A stretch of DNA of 64,000 bases from an uncultured Verrucomicrobiota bacterium (GCA_964653485.1 CAZZFF010000008.1:6557-70556); one strand, 5' to 3'; counted from the stretch's first letter, positions 19,372-29,334 are shown. Notes: generated by a model not told the origin, from the sequence alone. Made by a program: numbers and translations.

Positions 19372-20784
19372 TCAGCGGGTGCCCAGTGGAATGTAGAGCA
19401 GTCGCAGCCGCTTGCCGGCGGCACTGCTCTCGTGCTTGTAAAGGCCGAACAGGCAGGAAACGGTGGTGGATTTTGGCGTTTTCTGGCGGCGATAGAGGTT
19501 CCACAGCACGGACTGGCTGGCGGCGCCGGTCTTGGGGTTCTTTTCGGACCGCCACACGGAATAGACCGGGGCGTATTCGTGTTCGATGCTTGGGTTTTCG
19601 GGCAGGAACGGCTCGAAGCCCGCAAGCACCTGAAGCCGGCGGTTGCCTTCGAGACCCCGGTGCCAGGTGAACAAGGGCCACACGTCCACCCGCCGGCGTG
19701 AGGCCCCCGTCTCCGTGTTCTTGGCCGTCAGGTTGCAATACAGGAAAAAGAAGATGCGCGTGCGCTCGCTGTCAAGAGGGTCGGCGTGGATGCGTTTATA
19801 CTTGTACAAGGGCCAGCAATAAAAATTGTCGACGATGTTGGAATTGTAGGAATGGCTGTAGAAGGGCGTGACTCGAGTGGTGTGTTTGCCCAGGCCGCGC
19901 GCAAACTCGATAAAGGGCCAGGGGACCTGCCATTCGCGATATCCTTTCCCGCGGTCATCGATGCGCGAGAAGAAGGGCCACAGCACAGTGGTCGAATCCC
20001 GTTTGGGCGAACGGAGCGCGCTGTAGGCCGGCAGCGCGCCCACCTGGTGCTCCGGATTGTCGCTGCCAATGCCTGACCGCTGGCTAAAGAGGATGGGCCA
20101 CAGCGCGAAGCGTTTGTCGTGGCCCGGCACTGTCTCGACTTCTTTGAAGCCGTTGGTGCGGGTGGTAATGTCTTTGTGCTCGTGGCCGGCCAGAGGCCAG
20201 ACCTGCCAGCCATCCAGCCCGGGCCCATGCCGCAGGTGGACCACGGGAAAAAGATAGTTGTCCGTAATCGCATCTCCTTTGCGCGTCTGGCTGTACGCCG
20301 GAAACATGACATAGAAGATATCGTCGCGGAACAGCCGGTTCTTCAAATGGCCGTAAAACGGTCCGTAAGCAGTGTAACTCTGGCTGGGGTCCGAGGAGTG
20401 TTGACTGAAGAGAATCGGAAAGAGCGTAACCCGCTTGCGAGTCTTTTCCCCCTGGGAAGGGCCGCCGGCGAAGCTCAGGAGTTGCCCGAGTTGCCAACGA
20501 TACTGGCCTCCGTAACGAACATAGGACATGACGGGATAAACGAGCCTGAATTCGCTCGAGTCGGTTTGCGGGTCGCGTGTGCCCCAGAGCAGCGGCGGCA
20601 GGCCATAGGTCTCTCGGGATTCCTGCCACTCTTCAAAGAAAAGCGGGCCGGCCGCCTCGACCCGCCGGCCGGGTGCGAGGGTAAGGCTGAATTCGTCGAG
20701 GAGCGGACCCGCATCGAACGAGTCCTGGGCCAGGCCGCACAGCGGCAGGAGGAGCAGACTGAGACTGAGGAGTTGAGTCCTCAT
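19372..20784 (-). CDS. Secreted repeat protein of unknown function (WPxF/FPxxF repeats), co-transcribed with the MMPL exporter
   Basis: Signal peptide MRTQLLSLSLLLLPLCGLAQ. Recurrent short motifs (FPILFSQ, WPILFSQ, WPFFS, WPLF, WPLYKY). The start overlaps the MMPL stop by 4 nt (20781-20784). Confidence 0.7.
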   Translation of the reverse strand: MRTQLLSLSLLLLPLCGLAQDSFDAGPLLDEFSLTLAPGRRVEAAGPLFFEEWQESRETYGLPPLLWGTRDPQTDSSEFRLVYPVMSYVRYGGQYRWQLGQLLSFAGGPSQGEKTRKRVTLFPILFSQHSSDPSQSYTAYGPFYGHLKNRLFRDDIFYVMFPAYSQTRKGDAITDNYLFPVVHLRHGPGLDGWQVWPLAGHEHKDITTRTNGFKEVETVPGHDKRFALWPILFSQRSGIGSDNPEHQVGALPAYSALRSPKRDSTTVLWPFFSRIDDRGKGYREWQVPWPFIEFARGLGKHTTRVTPFYSHSYNSNIVDNFYCWPLYKYKRIHADPLDSERTRIFFFLYCNLTAKNTETGASRRRVDVWPLFTWHRGLEGNRRLQVLAGFEPFLPENPSIEHEYAPVYSVWRSEKNPKTGAASQSVLWNLYRRQKTPKSTTVSCLFGLYKHESSAAGKRLRLLYIPLGTR

Positions 20785-23666
20785 TGTTCTATTTTGGCTT
20801 CAGAGTTGAGGCTGGTGATCCCGGTTTCCCTCGGCACGGCCTCAAGCACGGGCTCTTGATGGCGTGTTGCTCTTTCTGGCCGGAGCGCAGCGCCCTTGCC
20901 AGGAATCAGGCTCAGGAGTGCGGGTAGAAACGCCAGGGCGGCTATCATGCACGTGGCCAGGCCGGTGGACATGACGTAGCCGAGGCTTTGGAGACCGCAG
21001 TGCTTGCCCAGTGTAAGACTGCCAAAGCCGGCGATGGTCGTCAGGCCCGAGACCAGCACCGCCTTCCCGGTGCTGCGGGTAAGGATGCTGGGGGTCTGCT
21101 CCTCCGCGTACCGGTTGAGGATGTGAATGCCGTTGGTGACGCCAATCCCAATAACGAGCGGCAGGGTCATGATATTCGCCGGGTTCAAAGGGATGTGAAA
21201 CAGGCCCATCAAACCGGCCAGCCATAGAGAACCGACCCCAACCGGGATCAACGCCAGCAGCACCGATGAAAAGCTCCTGAAATGGACCAGGACCAGGAAC
21301 ACGATGGCCACCAACGAGTACTCGGCGGCCTGCACATAGCTCTCTTTGAGCAAGTTCGTATATTCGTAGAGTTGCACCGGCGTCCCGGTGACCGTGGGAT
21401 CAACCCCGCGCAGTTGCTTGATGAAAACCTCCTGGTTCTCCCGCTTCCATAGGTCCTCCTTGGCGTTGACCATGAGGAGGTACTTGCCGGTAACGCCTAC
21501 AAAGCGATCATGGAGTGTTTGGGGAAGGTCCTGGACTCGCAATGGAGCCGAGTCATCCTGGCTCTGAAGACCCTTGAACGTGGATTGAATGTCATCGAAG
21601 AAGGCCCGCTGGAAGGCGGCCAGCTTGAGGGAATTCGCCTCCAGTTGCGCGGCGTCCCCGTGCAGCATCTCTTTGCGGAGGTCCGCCACCGCCTGGCGCA
21701 AAGAATCAACCTGTTTGCCCAGGACGGGCTGGTCGGCGGGCACTTCCTCGCGGACATTGCCCAGATAGCCTAGAAGATAATACAGAGTCGTGCTCAGCTC
21801 GGTGAGGTTCACCGGGTCCGGGGAGGATGGCGGAAAGTGGATCGAGGCCAGGTTCTTTTTGATGTCGGCGACCATCGCCAGTTTGCGCGTCTGGTTCTCG
21901 GCGAGGAACGGCGTAATGGAATCAATGCTCGCGACGGACGAGAGGTTGGTGATCTGCTGTTCCAGGACGATTGCGTGTTCAAGGTTGGTGGCGATGACGG
22001 CGGCGTAGAGAATCTGAATCTTGTGCTGTCCTCCGGATTCGGCACGGGGTTCGAGGTTGGTGGCGCCCACGGTCGCGACAACATCGGACATCTTGTTGGC
22101 GTCAATGAGCTTCTGCGAATACTCGACCGCCGGCAGGCCCTTGCTCTGGAGGTGGAGGAGGTCGTAATCGAAATAGACCTTATGGACCTGCGTGGCAGCC
22201 AGGCCGCACAGGACAAGGACGATTGCCGTGATGAGGAGCGGCCGCTTCAGCCAGAGGTTCTCGATCCGCGCCCGGCGCAACTCGATCTCGTGCTGGGCAT
22301 GGTCGATCGCGTTCTGCCGGCCGTGCAACAGGAGCACTGGCAGCAGCGTCATCATGGGGATAAAGCAGACCAGGAGACCGAAACCGCAGATCAGGCCCAT
22401 TTCCTGGATGCCTTTGAAGTTGGTGAGAACCATCGCCAGGAAGGCGCCGGCGGTCGTGAAGGCCCCGGTAAAGATGCCTTGGCCGGTGAAGATCATGGCC
22501 TTGGCCAAGGCGGCCTCCTGGTCGCGGCCGTGGCGCAATTCCTCTTCATAGCGCGAGATGAGATGCACGCCGTAATCGATCGCCAGACCGATGAGGATTG
22601 GCACGAAGGTGATCGTGAGGATGTTCAGATGCCCGACCGGCCAAGGCAGGAAAGTGAAGGCCAGCGTATACGCCAGGCCGAACAGGAGGCAAACAGTGGC
22701 CTTGACCGGGCGGCCCGTCTCCCTGTAGGCGTAAATGAACAGCAGAGCGCAGATGATCAGCGAGACGACGCTGGCCAAGGCGGCGTCCTTCTTAGACTGG
22801 GCCATCTGGTCGTGGTCCAAAACCGGTTCCCCGGTCAGCCCAACGTTCACCCCGGGAACCTCTATGCGGGTTTGCTCGACCAGGACGCGCAGCCGCTCCA
22901 CAGCCGCATCGTTGAGTTCTTCGACCGGGGCCTGGGCCGTCAGGAGGAAGATTCGTCCGTTGGCAAGGGTGATATAGACATCCTGTTCGGAAGCGTTGGT
23001 GGGGTTGAAAAGGGCGGTGACACCCGGAGAGGGCGGCGTGCCCGACCGGCGCATGCTATCTCGGGCCTGGTTCACGATTCGCTCCAGGGTAGGCAGGGCC
23101 TTCATCAACGACTGGTTCTCCGCGTTCTCCTCGCGCTTGGCCGTGCGGATTTGCGTGTTGATCATGGCGAAGAGCGAGACCAGGTTCGTCGTGTGGGTGA
23201 ATTGCTGGATGAAGGGACGGTAATCCACCAGGGCCTGCTTGAGCTCTCCAAGTTCCTTCTCCGGAACGAACAGCAGGGCCTTGGAGCCCAACATCGCCAG
23301 GTCCCCTTTGTAGAACACGTCGTGGAACAGATTGGTCTCAACCTCCAGTTTTGCGCCCAACCGCTCGACGAACTGCCGGTTCTTCTCCGTGCTCTCGCTC
23401 TCGACTACCACCGCAAGATCTGCCTGCGTCGGGAACTCTTTCTTGAACCGAAGAAAATTCTGGTGGTACTTCTTGTTGGCCCCCACAAGGTCGTCCTGGC
23501 GAAGGTCAAAAGCCGTGTCCGAGGCAAGGCTCCTGATGATAAAAGCCACGCACACAGCGCAGAGAAGGAGCTGCGAGCCGACAAAGAGCCACGGGCGGCG
23601 CATGACCACTCGAGCCAGCCAGCCCAGGGCGCGCGCGACAGGATTGTTGTCGGTGAGCTTCCTCAT
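20781..23666 (-). CDS. RND-superfamily / MMPL-type exporter (HpnN-like architecture)
   Basis: 961 aa with two bundles of about 6 TM helices, each preceded by a large soluble loop. The GxxVTNGIHILNRY and IDYGVHLISRY blocks resemble MMPL/SSD transporters. Confidence 0.8.
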   Translation of the reverse strand: MRKLTDNNPVARALGWLARVVMRRPWLFVGSQLLLCAVCVAFIIRSLASDTAFDLRQDDLVGANKKYHQNFLRFKKEFPTQADLAVVVESESTEKNRQFVERLGAKLEVETNLFHDVFYKGDLAMLGSKALLFVPEKELGELKQALVDYRPFIQQFTHTTNLVSLFAMINTQIRTAKREENAENQSLMKALPTLERIVNQARDSMRRSGTPPSPGVTALFNPTNASEQDVYITLANGRIFLLTAQAPVEELNDAAVERLRVLVEQTRIEVPGVNVGLTGEPVLDHDQMAQSKKDAALASVVSLIICALLFIYAYRETGRPVKATVCLLFGLAYTLAFTFLPWPVGHLNILTITFVPILIGLAIDYGVHLISRYEEELRHGRDQEAALAKAMIFTGQGIFTGAFTTAGAFLAMVLTNFKGIQEMGLICGFGLLVCFIPMMTLLPVLLLHGRQNAIDHAQHEIELRRARIENLWLKRPLLITAIVLVLCGLAATQVHKVYFDYDLLHLQSKGLPAVEYSQKLIDANKMSDVVATVGATNLEPRAESGGQHKIQILYAAVIATNLEHAIVLEQQITNLSSVASIDSITPFLAENQTRKLAMVADIKKNLASIHFPPSSPDPVNLTELSTTLYYLLGYLGNVREEVPADQPVLGKQVDSLRQAVADLRKEMLHGDAAQLEANSLKLAAFQRAFFDDIQSTFKGLQSQDDSAPLRVQDLPQTLHDRFVGVTGKYLLMVNAKEDLWKRENQEVFIKQLRGVDPTVTGTPVQLYEYTNLLKESYVQAAEYSLVAIVFLVLVHFRSFSSVLLALIPVGVGSLWLAGLMGLFHIPLNPANIMTLPLVIGIGVTNGIHILNRYAEEQTPSILTRSTGKAVLVSGLTTIAGFGSLTLGKHCGLQSLGYVMSTGLATCMIAALAFLPALLSLIPGKGAALRPERATRHQEPVLEAVPRETGITSLNSEAKIEQ

Positions 23667-23706
23667 CGAGGTCTTGGGAGCCGATGCAGAATTGTGCTGT
23701 TGCCCG

Positions 23707-24444
23707 TTATGTCAGCGCGTCGTCAGGAAATTCAGCGTTGGAATAGACCTCTTTCACGTCGTCGTGGTCCTCGAGCGCTTCAATCAGCCTGTTGAGAGCG
23801 GCGGCCGGCTCGCCCGCCAGGGGCACGGTAACGGTGGGCAGTTCCGTGATTTCAGCCGCATCGGCTTTGATGCCTTTGGCCTCCAGTTGCTTGTGGACGG
23901 CCTCGAAGTGGCCCGGTTCGGTAATGATTTCATAGCCCTCAGGCTCGGCCTTGAAGTCCTCGGCGCCGGCCTCCAGGGCCAGTTCCATAAGCTTGTCCTC
24001 CTCGGCCGCCTCGCGCGCCAGGATGATCTGCCCTTTCCGATGGAAGAGCCGCGAGACCGAGCCTTGAGTGGCCAGCGAGCCGCCGCTCTTGGTGACCAAG
24101 CTCCGGATTTCCGACGCCGTGCGGTTCCGGTTGTCGGTGCTGACCTCGACCAACAAGGCCACCCCATGAGGACCGAAGATTTCGTAGGTCAAATCCTCGT
24201 AATTGCTGGTCTGCCCGCCCCCGGTCCCCTTCTTGATGGCCCTCTCGATATTGTCGTTGGGCATGTTGGCCCCGCGGGACTTGAGCAGGACCATCCGCAG
24301 CCGCGGGTTCATTGCGGGGTCGCCGCCGCCAATCTTGGCGGCAATCGAGATTTCCTTGCTCAGCTTGGAAAAGATCTTCCCACGCTTTGCGTCCACCGCC
24401 CCTTTGAAGTGCTTAACTTTCGCCCATTTGCTATGTCCTGACAT
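23707..24444 (-). CDS. yebC: YebC/PmpR-family transcriptional regulator
   Basis: MSGHSKWAKVKHFKGAVDAKRGKIFSKLSKEI.. is the canonical YebC N-terminus; 245 aa. Confidence 0.93.
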   Translation of the reverse strand: MSGHSKWAKVKHFKGAVDAKRGKIFSKLSKEISIAAKIGGGDPAMNPRLRMVLLKSRGANMPNDNIERAIKKGTGGGQTSNYEDLTYEIFGPHGVALLVEVSTDNRNRTASEIRSLVTKSGGSLATQGSVSRLFHRKGQIILAREAAEEDKLMELALEAGAEDFKAEPEGYEIITEPGHFEAVHKQLEAKGIKADAAEITELPTVTVPLAGEPAAALNRLIEALEDHDDVKEVYSNAEFPDDALT

Positions 24445-24696
24445 GTTGTTGCTTGGTTAACCGATTAAACCTATCAAATTGAACAGGATTTTGCGCGGAA
24501 GAAAAAGGCTTATTTTTGCGCGCGAGGGCCCCTTCGGACATCGCCTCCGCGGTGGGCGGGGCCTGGAGCGTGTGCAGCGCCCCGAGTGGCGCGGACCTAT
24601 CGCCTTCATGCGCAATGGCTTTCGCACAATCCGAGGCCGGAGGACACACGCCCCGTCTTGCGCCCCCGCCCCGTGCCTGGCCGCCTGAATTGCAAA

Positions 24697-24733
24697 TTGA
24701 CAAATTGACAATTGCGAACCGAGAATTGCAAAT
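24697..24733 (+). promoter_or_regulatory. Possible sigma70-type promoter for tRNA-Leu
   Basis: TTGACA at 24697-24702, 18-nt spacer, GAGAAT at 24721-26. Alternatively TTGACA at 24705-10, 17 nt, GCAAAT. About 50 nt upstream of the tRNA. By-eye match only. Confidence 0.3.
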
Positions 24734-24781
24734 TCCCCGAGACCAGGAGACCTTGGGACGGCTTCGTGATAAAGCCGGGCT

Positions 24782-24866
24782 GGGCGCGTGGCGGAATTGG
24801 CAGACGCGAAGGACTTAGGATCCTTTGGAGTAATCCTTGCAGGTTCGACCCCTGTCGCGCCCACCA
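24782..24866 (+). tRNA. tRNA-Leu (anticodon TAG), class II with long variable arm, CCA encoded
   Basis: Acceptor GGGCGCG / CGCGCCC. D-arm GCG-GAATTGGCAGA-CGC. Anticodon stem AAGGA / TCCTT with loop CTTAGGA. Variable arm GGA-GTAA-TCC. T-arm GCAGG-TTCGACC-CCTGT. Discriminator A, then CCA. Confidence 0.9.
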
Positions 24867-25014
24867 TGGCCCGGTGAGCTTTGACGGGATTGACTTCCAA
24901 TCCCGGCCGAATAAACAATGGGTCCGCAGCGTCAAGACACCAATAGCCCCGGTCGTTTGCGGCTTGCATCCTGCCGGGACGCCCGTAAACCAACCCGAAC
25001 TTATGCGCCCAGAC

Positions 25015-25977
25015 ATGACTCGCCGCTCCTTCGTAAAAACAGCCCTCGTCTCCTCCGCCGGTCTGGCCCTGGCACCGGACGGCAAGGCCCAAGGTGAAAC
25101 CGCGGCCGCCCCCTCCGCGCCCGCTTCGGCCGGCTCTCTGCCCAAAGCAAGGATTGGCAAACTCCAGGTCAGCCGCCTGATCCTGGGCGGCAATCTCCTG
25201 ACCCATTTCACCCACAGCCGCGATTTAAGGTACGTCTATACGCTGGCGGCCCACTACAACACGGACGAGAAGATCATGGAGACCTTGGCATTGGCGGAGG
25301 CCAACGGCATCAACACCGTCTCGATGCACAACCCCCCGCACCCGATCTCCGTCCTGCGCCGCTACCGCAAGGAGCGCGGCGGCAAGATACAGTGGATCAT
25401 TTGCCCCACCGCCCCTGTCGAACCCGACATGGCCCAATACCGGCAGCACGTCGAGGAGTTGCTCAAGGACGGCTGCGAGGCGATCTACCTCTGGGGCGTC
25501 CACGCCGATTCCCTGGTCGCTCAAGGTAAGTTCGACCTCGTTGCCAAAGCGGTCGAGTTGCCCAAGGAATACGGCGTCCCCTCCGGCGTGGGCGGCCATT
25601 CCCTCGACGTCGTCAAGGCCTGCGAAACCCACGGCATCAAGGCGGACTTCTACATCAAGACCTTCCACCACCATAATTATCCTACCGGACCCAAGCCCGA
25701 GCAGTTGAAAGAGCCTTACAACGAGTTTCCCGGCTACTGGTGCCGGAACCCCGAGGAGACGGCCGAGTTCATGAAAACGGTCCAAAAACCGTGGCTCGCC
25801 TTCAAAGTCATGGCTGCCGGGGCTATTCCCCCTTCAAATGCCTTCCGCTTCGCTTTCGAGCACGGCGCCGATTGCGTCCTGGCAGGCATGTTCGACTACG
25901 AAATCGCCGAGGATGTCAAGCTGGCTTCCGAAGCCCTGGACCGTGCCAAGACTCGCGCGCGCCCCTGGGCCTGTTAG
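25015..25977 (+). CDS. Tat-exported protein of unknown function
   Basis: ATG at 25015 gives MTRRSFVKTALVSSAGLALA (alternative ATG at 25003). The 320-aa body has protein-like composition but no motif I recognise. The track ORF start at 24712 would run through the tRNA gene. Confidence 0.7.
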   Translation: MTRRSFVKTALVSSAGLALAPDGKAQGETAAAPSAPASAGSLPKARIGKLQVSRLILGGNLLTHFTHSRDLRYVYTLAAHYNTDEKIMETLALAEANGINTVSMHNPPHPISVLRRYRKERGGKIQWIICPTAPVEPDMAQYRQHVEELLKDGCEAIYLWGVHADSLVAQGKFDLVAKAVELPKEYGVPSGVGGHSLDVVKACETHGIKADFYIKTFHHHNYPTGPKPEQLKEPYNEFPGYWCRNPEETAEFMKTVQKPWLAFKVMAAGAIPPSNAFRFAFEHGADCVLAGMFDYEIAEDVKLASEALDRAKTRARPWAC

Positions 25978-26045
25978 TGTGGTGTTTCCCAAACCGCGAC
26001 AGGATTCGTGTCAGGCCCGGGATTCAACCGAAGAAGCATTTCCGC

Positions 26046-26807
26046 CTATAGGCCCGTGGGATAATCCAAAAAGGTCCACGGGATAGCGAAACGGCGGGCG
26101 AGCGTGGCCGCAAGGGCCTTGACGCCGAAGGTTTCGGTGGCGTAATGGCCGGCGTAAAAGACGTTCAAGCCCAGGTCCTGGGCCAGCGCGTATGTCCAAT
26201 GCGGCCCCTCCCCGGTAATGAAGGTGTCCGCGCCTTCGCCGGACGCCCGTTGGATTTCGTCTCCCGCCCCGCCGCTAACCACTCCGATGCGCCGGCAAAT
26301 CTCGGGGCCGCCCGGGATGACCAGCGGTTCGGTTCCGACCGCGCGGCTCAAGCGGGCTGCCAGCTCCGCGCGCCGAATCCGCACGCGGGCCTGGACGCCA
26401 ATGGGCTGGCCGTGCTCGAGGAAAAAGGGGCGCAGGTTTGTCAAACCCAGTGCGCGGGCCAATTGCGCGTTATTTCCGAGCGCAGGATGGGCGTCCAGCG
26501 GCAGGTGTGAGCTATAAACGGCCAGGTTATGGTCCAGCAGGCACCGCAACAACTCGTAACGCCTCCCCGTCCAGGGGTGCGTAGCGCCCCAAAACAGGCC
26601 GTGATGGATGAGCAGCAGATCGGCCTTGGCCGCCACGGCCAGCCGAACCGTCGAGAGGCTGCCGTCCACCGCCGCCGCCAAACGGCTCACCTTTCCGTTG
26701 TTCTCGACTTGCAGACCGTTGGCAGCGCGATCGAAGTCCCGTATCCGGGCGACGTGGAGCAGGCGATCACAATAGTGGACAATGGCCGATAGGGAGGCTT
26801 TTGACAT
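26046..26807 (-). CDS. Nif3-family dinuclear metal-centre protein (GTP cyclohydrolase 1 type 2 homologue)
   Basis: NGLQVENNGKVSRLAAAVD..ADLLLIHHGLFWG..SSHLPLDAHP..GHYATE blocks are typical of NIF3/YbgI. Confidence 0.85.
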   Translation of the reverse strand: MSKASLSAIVHYCDRLLHVARIRDFDRAANGLQVENNGKVSRLAAAVDGSLSTVRLAVAAKADLLLIHHGLFWGATHPWTGRRYELLRCLLDHNLAVYSSHLPLDAHPALGNNAQLARALGLTNLRPFFLEHGQPIGVQARVRIRRAELAARLSRAVGTEPLVIPGGPEICRRIGVVSGGAGDEIQRASGEGADTFITGEGPHWTYALAQDLGLNVFYAGHYATETFGVKALAATLARRFAIPWTFLDYPTGL

Positions 26808-26839
26808 GGCACTTGAAGCAAGGTAGCCTGTCCGTTCGC

Positions 26840-28075
26840 ATGGCGCAAAGGCTCAATGTGTTGATCTCCGCTTATGCTTGCGAACCTAACAGGGGTTCGG
26901 AGCCGGAGGTGGGCTGGCAATGGGCGCTACAAATGGCGCGGTTTCATGACGTGACCGTGCTAACGCGGGCCAACAACCGCGCGGCGATCGAGGCCGGCTT
27001 GGCAGCCGTGCGTGGCGGGCGGCCGCTGCCGGTTTTTGTCTATCATGATCGGCACGCGTTTCTGACGGGCATGAAACGGTGCTTCGGGGCCATCCAATTG
27101 TACTACCTTCTATGGCAGAAATCGGCCCGGAAGGTCATCGCGCGGCTGCACGCGGTTCATCCGTATGATTTGATGCACCACGTCACGTTCGCCGGTTTTC
27201 GCTACCCGGCGGCGGTCTGGGGCCATCGGGCGCCGTCCATCTGGGGGCCGGTTGGGGGCATCGAGTCCATCCCCGCCGGGCTGCTGCCTTGGCGCCACCC
27301 CGGCTCACTGGTTCGCGAGACGCTCCGCAACGGCAGCAACCTGCTGCACGCCACGGCGACATCCGCGCTTCCAAGGCGCGCGCGGGCGACGACCCTCGTT
27401 TTGGCCTCGACCCCGGAAATGCAGCGGACTTTTGCCCGATTGGGAGTGGAAAGCCGGCTGATGCCGACAATCGGATTGAACCCCGCGGAATTGCCGTATC
27501 GGGAGCACGTTCCGGACGGAGGACCGCTGAAGATGCTGTTTGTCGGCAACATGATTGCGCTCAAGGGCCTGGACCTGGCGCTCGAGGCCCTCAAGGCTGC
27601 CGGGGGCGACGCGACGTTGACCCTGATCGGCGACGGCAGTTATCTGCCGGCTGCCAAAGGGAAAACGGAGGCGCTGGGTCTGGCAGCGCGTGTGATTTTC
27701 AAAGGGCGGCTGCCACGGGAGCAAGTGCTGAGGCTCTACACGGAGTATGACCTCTTTTTCTTCCCCAGCCTGCATGACACAGGCGGCTGTGCCGTCATTG
27801 AGGCCATGTGCAGTGAACTGGCGGTCCTGTGCCTGGACTGTGGTGGGCCGGCCGTGGCGGTGCGCCAGGGCTGTGGCATCAAGGTGCCTCTGGGGCCGCG
27901 CGCGAGGGTGGTCGCCGGGCTGGCCGAGGGCATCCGCTTCTATGCGCTGAACCGCTCCATCCTGGCGGAGCACGGAAAGGCCGCCCGCCAAGCCATCCTG
28001 CGCGACTACGATTGGGACATGAAAGGGGAGCAGATGAATCAGTGCTACGAGGAAGCGGTGGCACGTTACGAGTAA
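26840..28075 (+). CDS. Glycosyltransferase family 4 (GT-B fold)
   Basis: MAQRLNVLISAYACEPNRGSEPEVGW.. N-terminus. The C-terminal FFFPSLHDTGGCAVIEAM block (E-x7-E region) is typical of GT4. Confidence 0.85.
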   Translation: MAQRLNVLISAYACEPNRGSEPEVGWQWALQMARFHDVTVLTRANNRAAIEAGLAAVRGGRPLPVFVYHDRHAFLTGMKRCFGAIQLYYLLWQKSARKVIARLHAVHPYDLMHHVTFAGFRYPAAVWGHRAPSIWGPVGGIESIPAGLLPWRHPGSLVRETLRNGSNLLHATATSALPRRARATTLVLASTPEMQRTFARLGVESRLMPTIGLNPAELPYREHVPDGGPLKMLFVGNMIALKGLDLALEALKAAGGDATLTLIGDGSYLPAAKGKTEALGLAARVIFKGRLPREQVLRLYTEYDLFFFPSLHDTGGCAVIEAMCSELAVLCLDCGGPAVAVRQGCGIKVPLGPRARVVAGLAEGIRFYALNRSILAEHGKAARQAILRDYDWDMKGEQMNQCYEEAVARYE

Positions 28076-28161
28076 CCACGTTGCGATCTTGTCCCGCCCC
28101 GGGCGGAGTCAAATATCAAATCCGAAATTGCAAACTTGCTGGGTTCGTGTTTTCTACCCGT

Positions 28162-29334
28162 ATGAAACTGCTCTACCACCTGTGGCTCGTTGGGCTTTTA
28201 CCTGCCGGCGGGCTTTTTTGTTGTGCCCTCGCGACCGCGGTGTCGGCTCCATCTGACGGGACCCTCTCTGCTTACATCGGGACCTACACCTCGGGCGATA
28301 AGAGCTTGGGCATTTACGTGGCGCCCTTCGATACGTCCACAGGGCGGCTCGGGGCCCCCGAACTGGCGGCCAAGACGACCAATCCCAGCTTCCTGGCGAC
28401 GCATCCGAACCGGCGCTTCCTTTACGCCGCCGGCGAGGTAGGCAACTTCGGGGGCAAACCAACGGGGATGGTGAGCGCGTTCAGCATCGCCGCCGATACC
28501 GGGAAACTGGCTATGATCAACCAGCAATCCTCCGGCGGGGCCGGGCCATGTCACCTGACCGTGGACCGGAGCGGGAAGTGGCTCTTGGTGGCCAACTATA
28601 ACAGTGGCAGCATTGCGGTGTTGCCTATCCGCCTGGACGGCGGCCTGGGCGAACCGGGCGCAATCGTCCAGCACCATGGCTCCAGCGTCAACCCGCAACG
28701 GCAGGAGGGGCCGCACGCGCATTTCATTACTCTCGACCCCACCGGCCGCTTCGTCCTGACGTGCGATTTAGGCTTGGATAAAGTGCTGGTTTACCGGCTC
28801 GATCCGGCCCAAGGGACCCTCGTCCCGAACGACCCGCCCTCGGTTTCGCTCAAGCCCGGCGTTGGCCCGCGGCATCTTGTCTTTCATCCCAACGGCCGCC
28901 TGGTCTTTGTCATCAGCGAGATGGGATCGAGCTTGACCTCATTTTCATGGGAAAGCCGGCGCGGCGCACTCAAAGAATTGGAGGCGGTTTCCACTCTCCC
29001 TGCGGGGTTCGCGGGCAACAGCACTTGCGCCGAGGTGCAGGTCCATCCTTCGGGCAAGTTCCTCTACGGCTCCAATCGCGGGCACGACAGCATCGCCGTG
29101 TTTGCCGTCGATTCAAGGACGGGCAAGCTCTCCCTCGTCGAGCACCAGCCCACCCAGGGGAAAAACCCGCGCCATTTCGCGATCGACCCCACCGGACGCT
29201 GGCTCCTGGCCGAAAACCAGGATTCCGACAACATCATCGTGTTCCGGATCGATGCCAAAACCGGGCGCCTGACTCCCTCCGGAGAGGAAGTCAAAGTCGG
29301 CAGCCCGGTCTGCGTCGAGTTCGTCCGCGACTAA
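28162..29334 (+). CDS. Secreted lactonase, 7-bladed beta-propeller (6-phosphogluconolactonase-like)
   Basis: Signal peptide. IGTYTS...[59 protein letters not shown] and [11 protein letters not shown] are typical of the Lactonase (3-carboxymuconate cycloisomerase-like) family. Confidence 0.85.
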   Translation: MKLLYHLWLVGLLPAGGLFCCALATAVSAPSDGTLSAYIGTYTSGDKSLGIYVAPFDTSTGRLGAPELAAKTTNPSFLATHPNRRFLYAAGEVGNFGGKPTGMVSAFSIAADTGKLAMINQQSSGGAGPCHLTVDRSGKWLLVANYNSGSIAVLPIRLDGGLGEPGAIVQHHGSSVNPQRQEGPHAHFITLDPTGRFVLTCDLGLDKVLVYRLDPAQGTLVPNDPPSVSLKPGVGPRHLVFHPNGRLVFVISEMGSSLTSFSWESRRGALKELEAVSTLPAGFAGNSTCAEVQVHPSGKFLYGSNRGHDSIAVFAVDSRTGKLSLVEHQPTQGKNPRHFAIDPTGRWLLAENQDSDNIIVFRIDAKTGRLTPSGEEVKVGSPVCVEFVRD

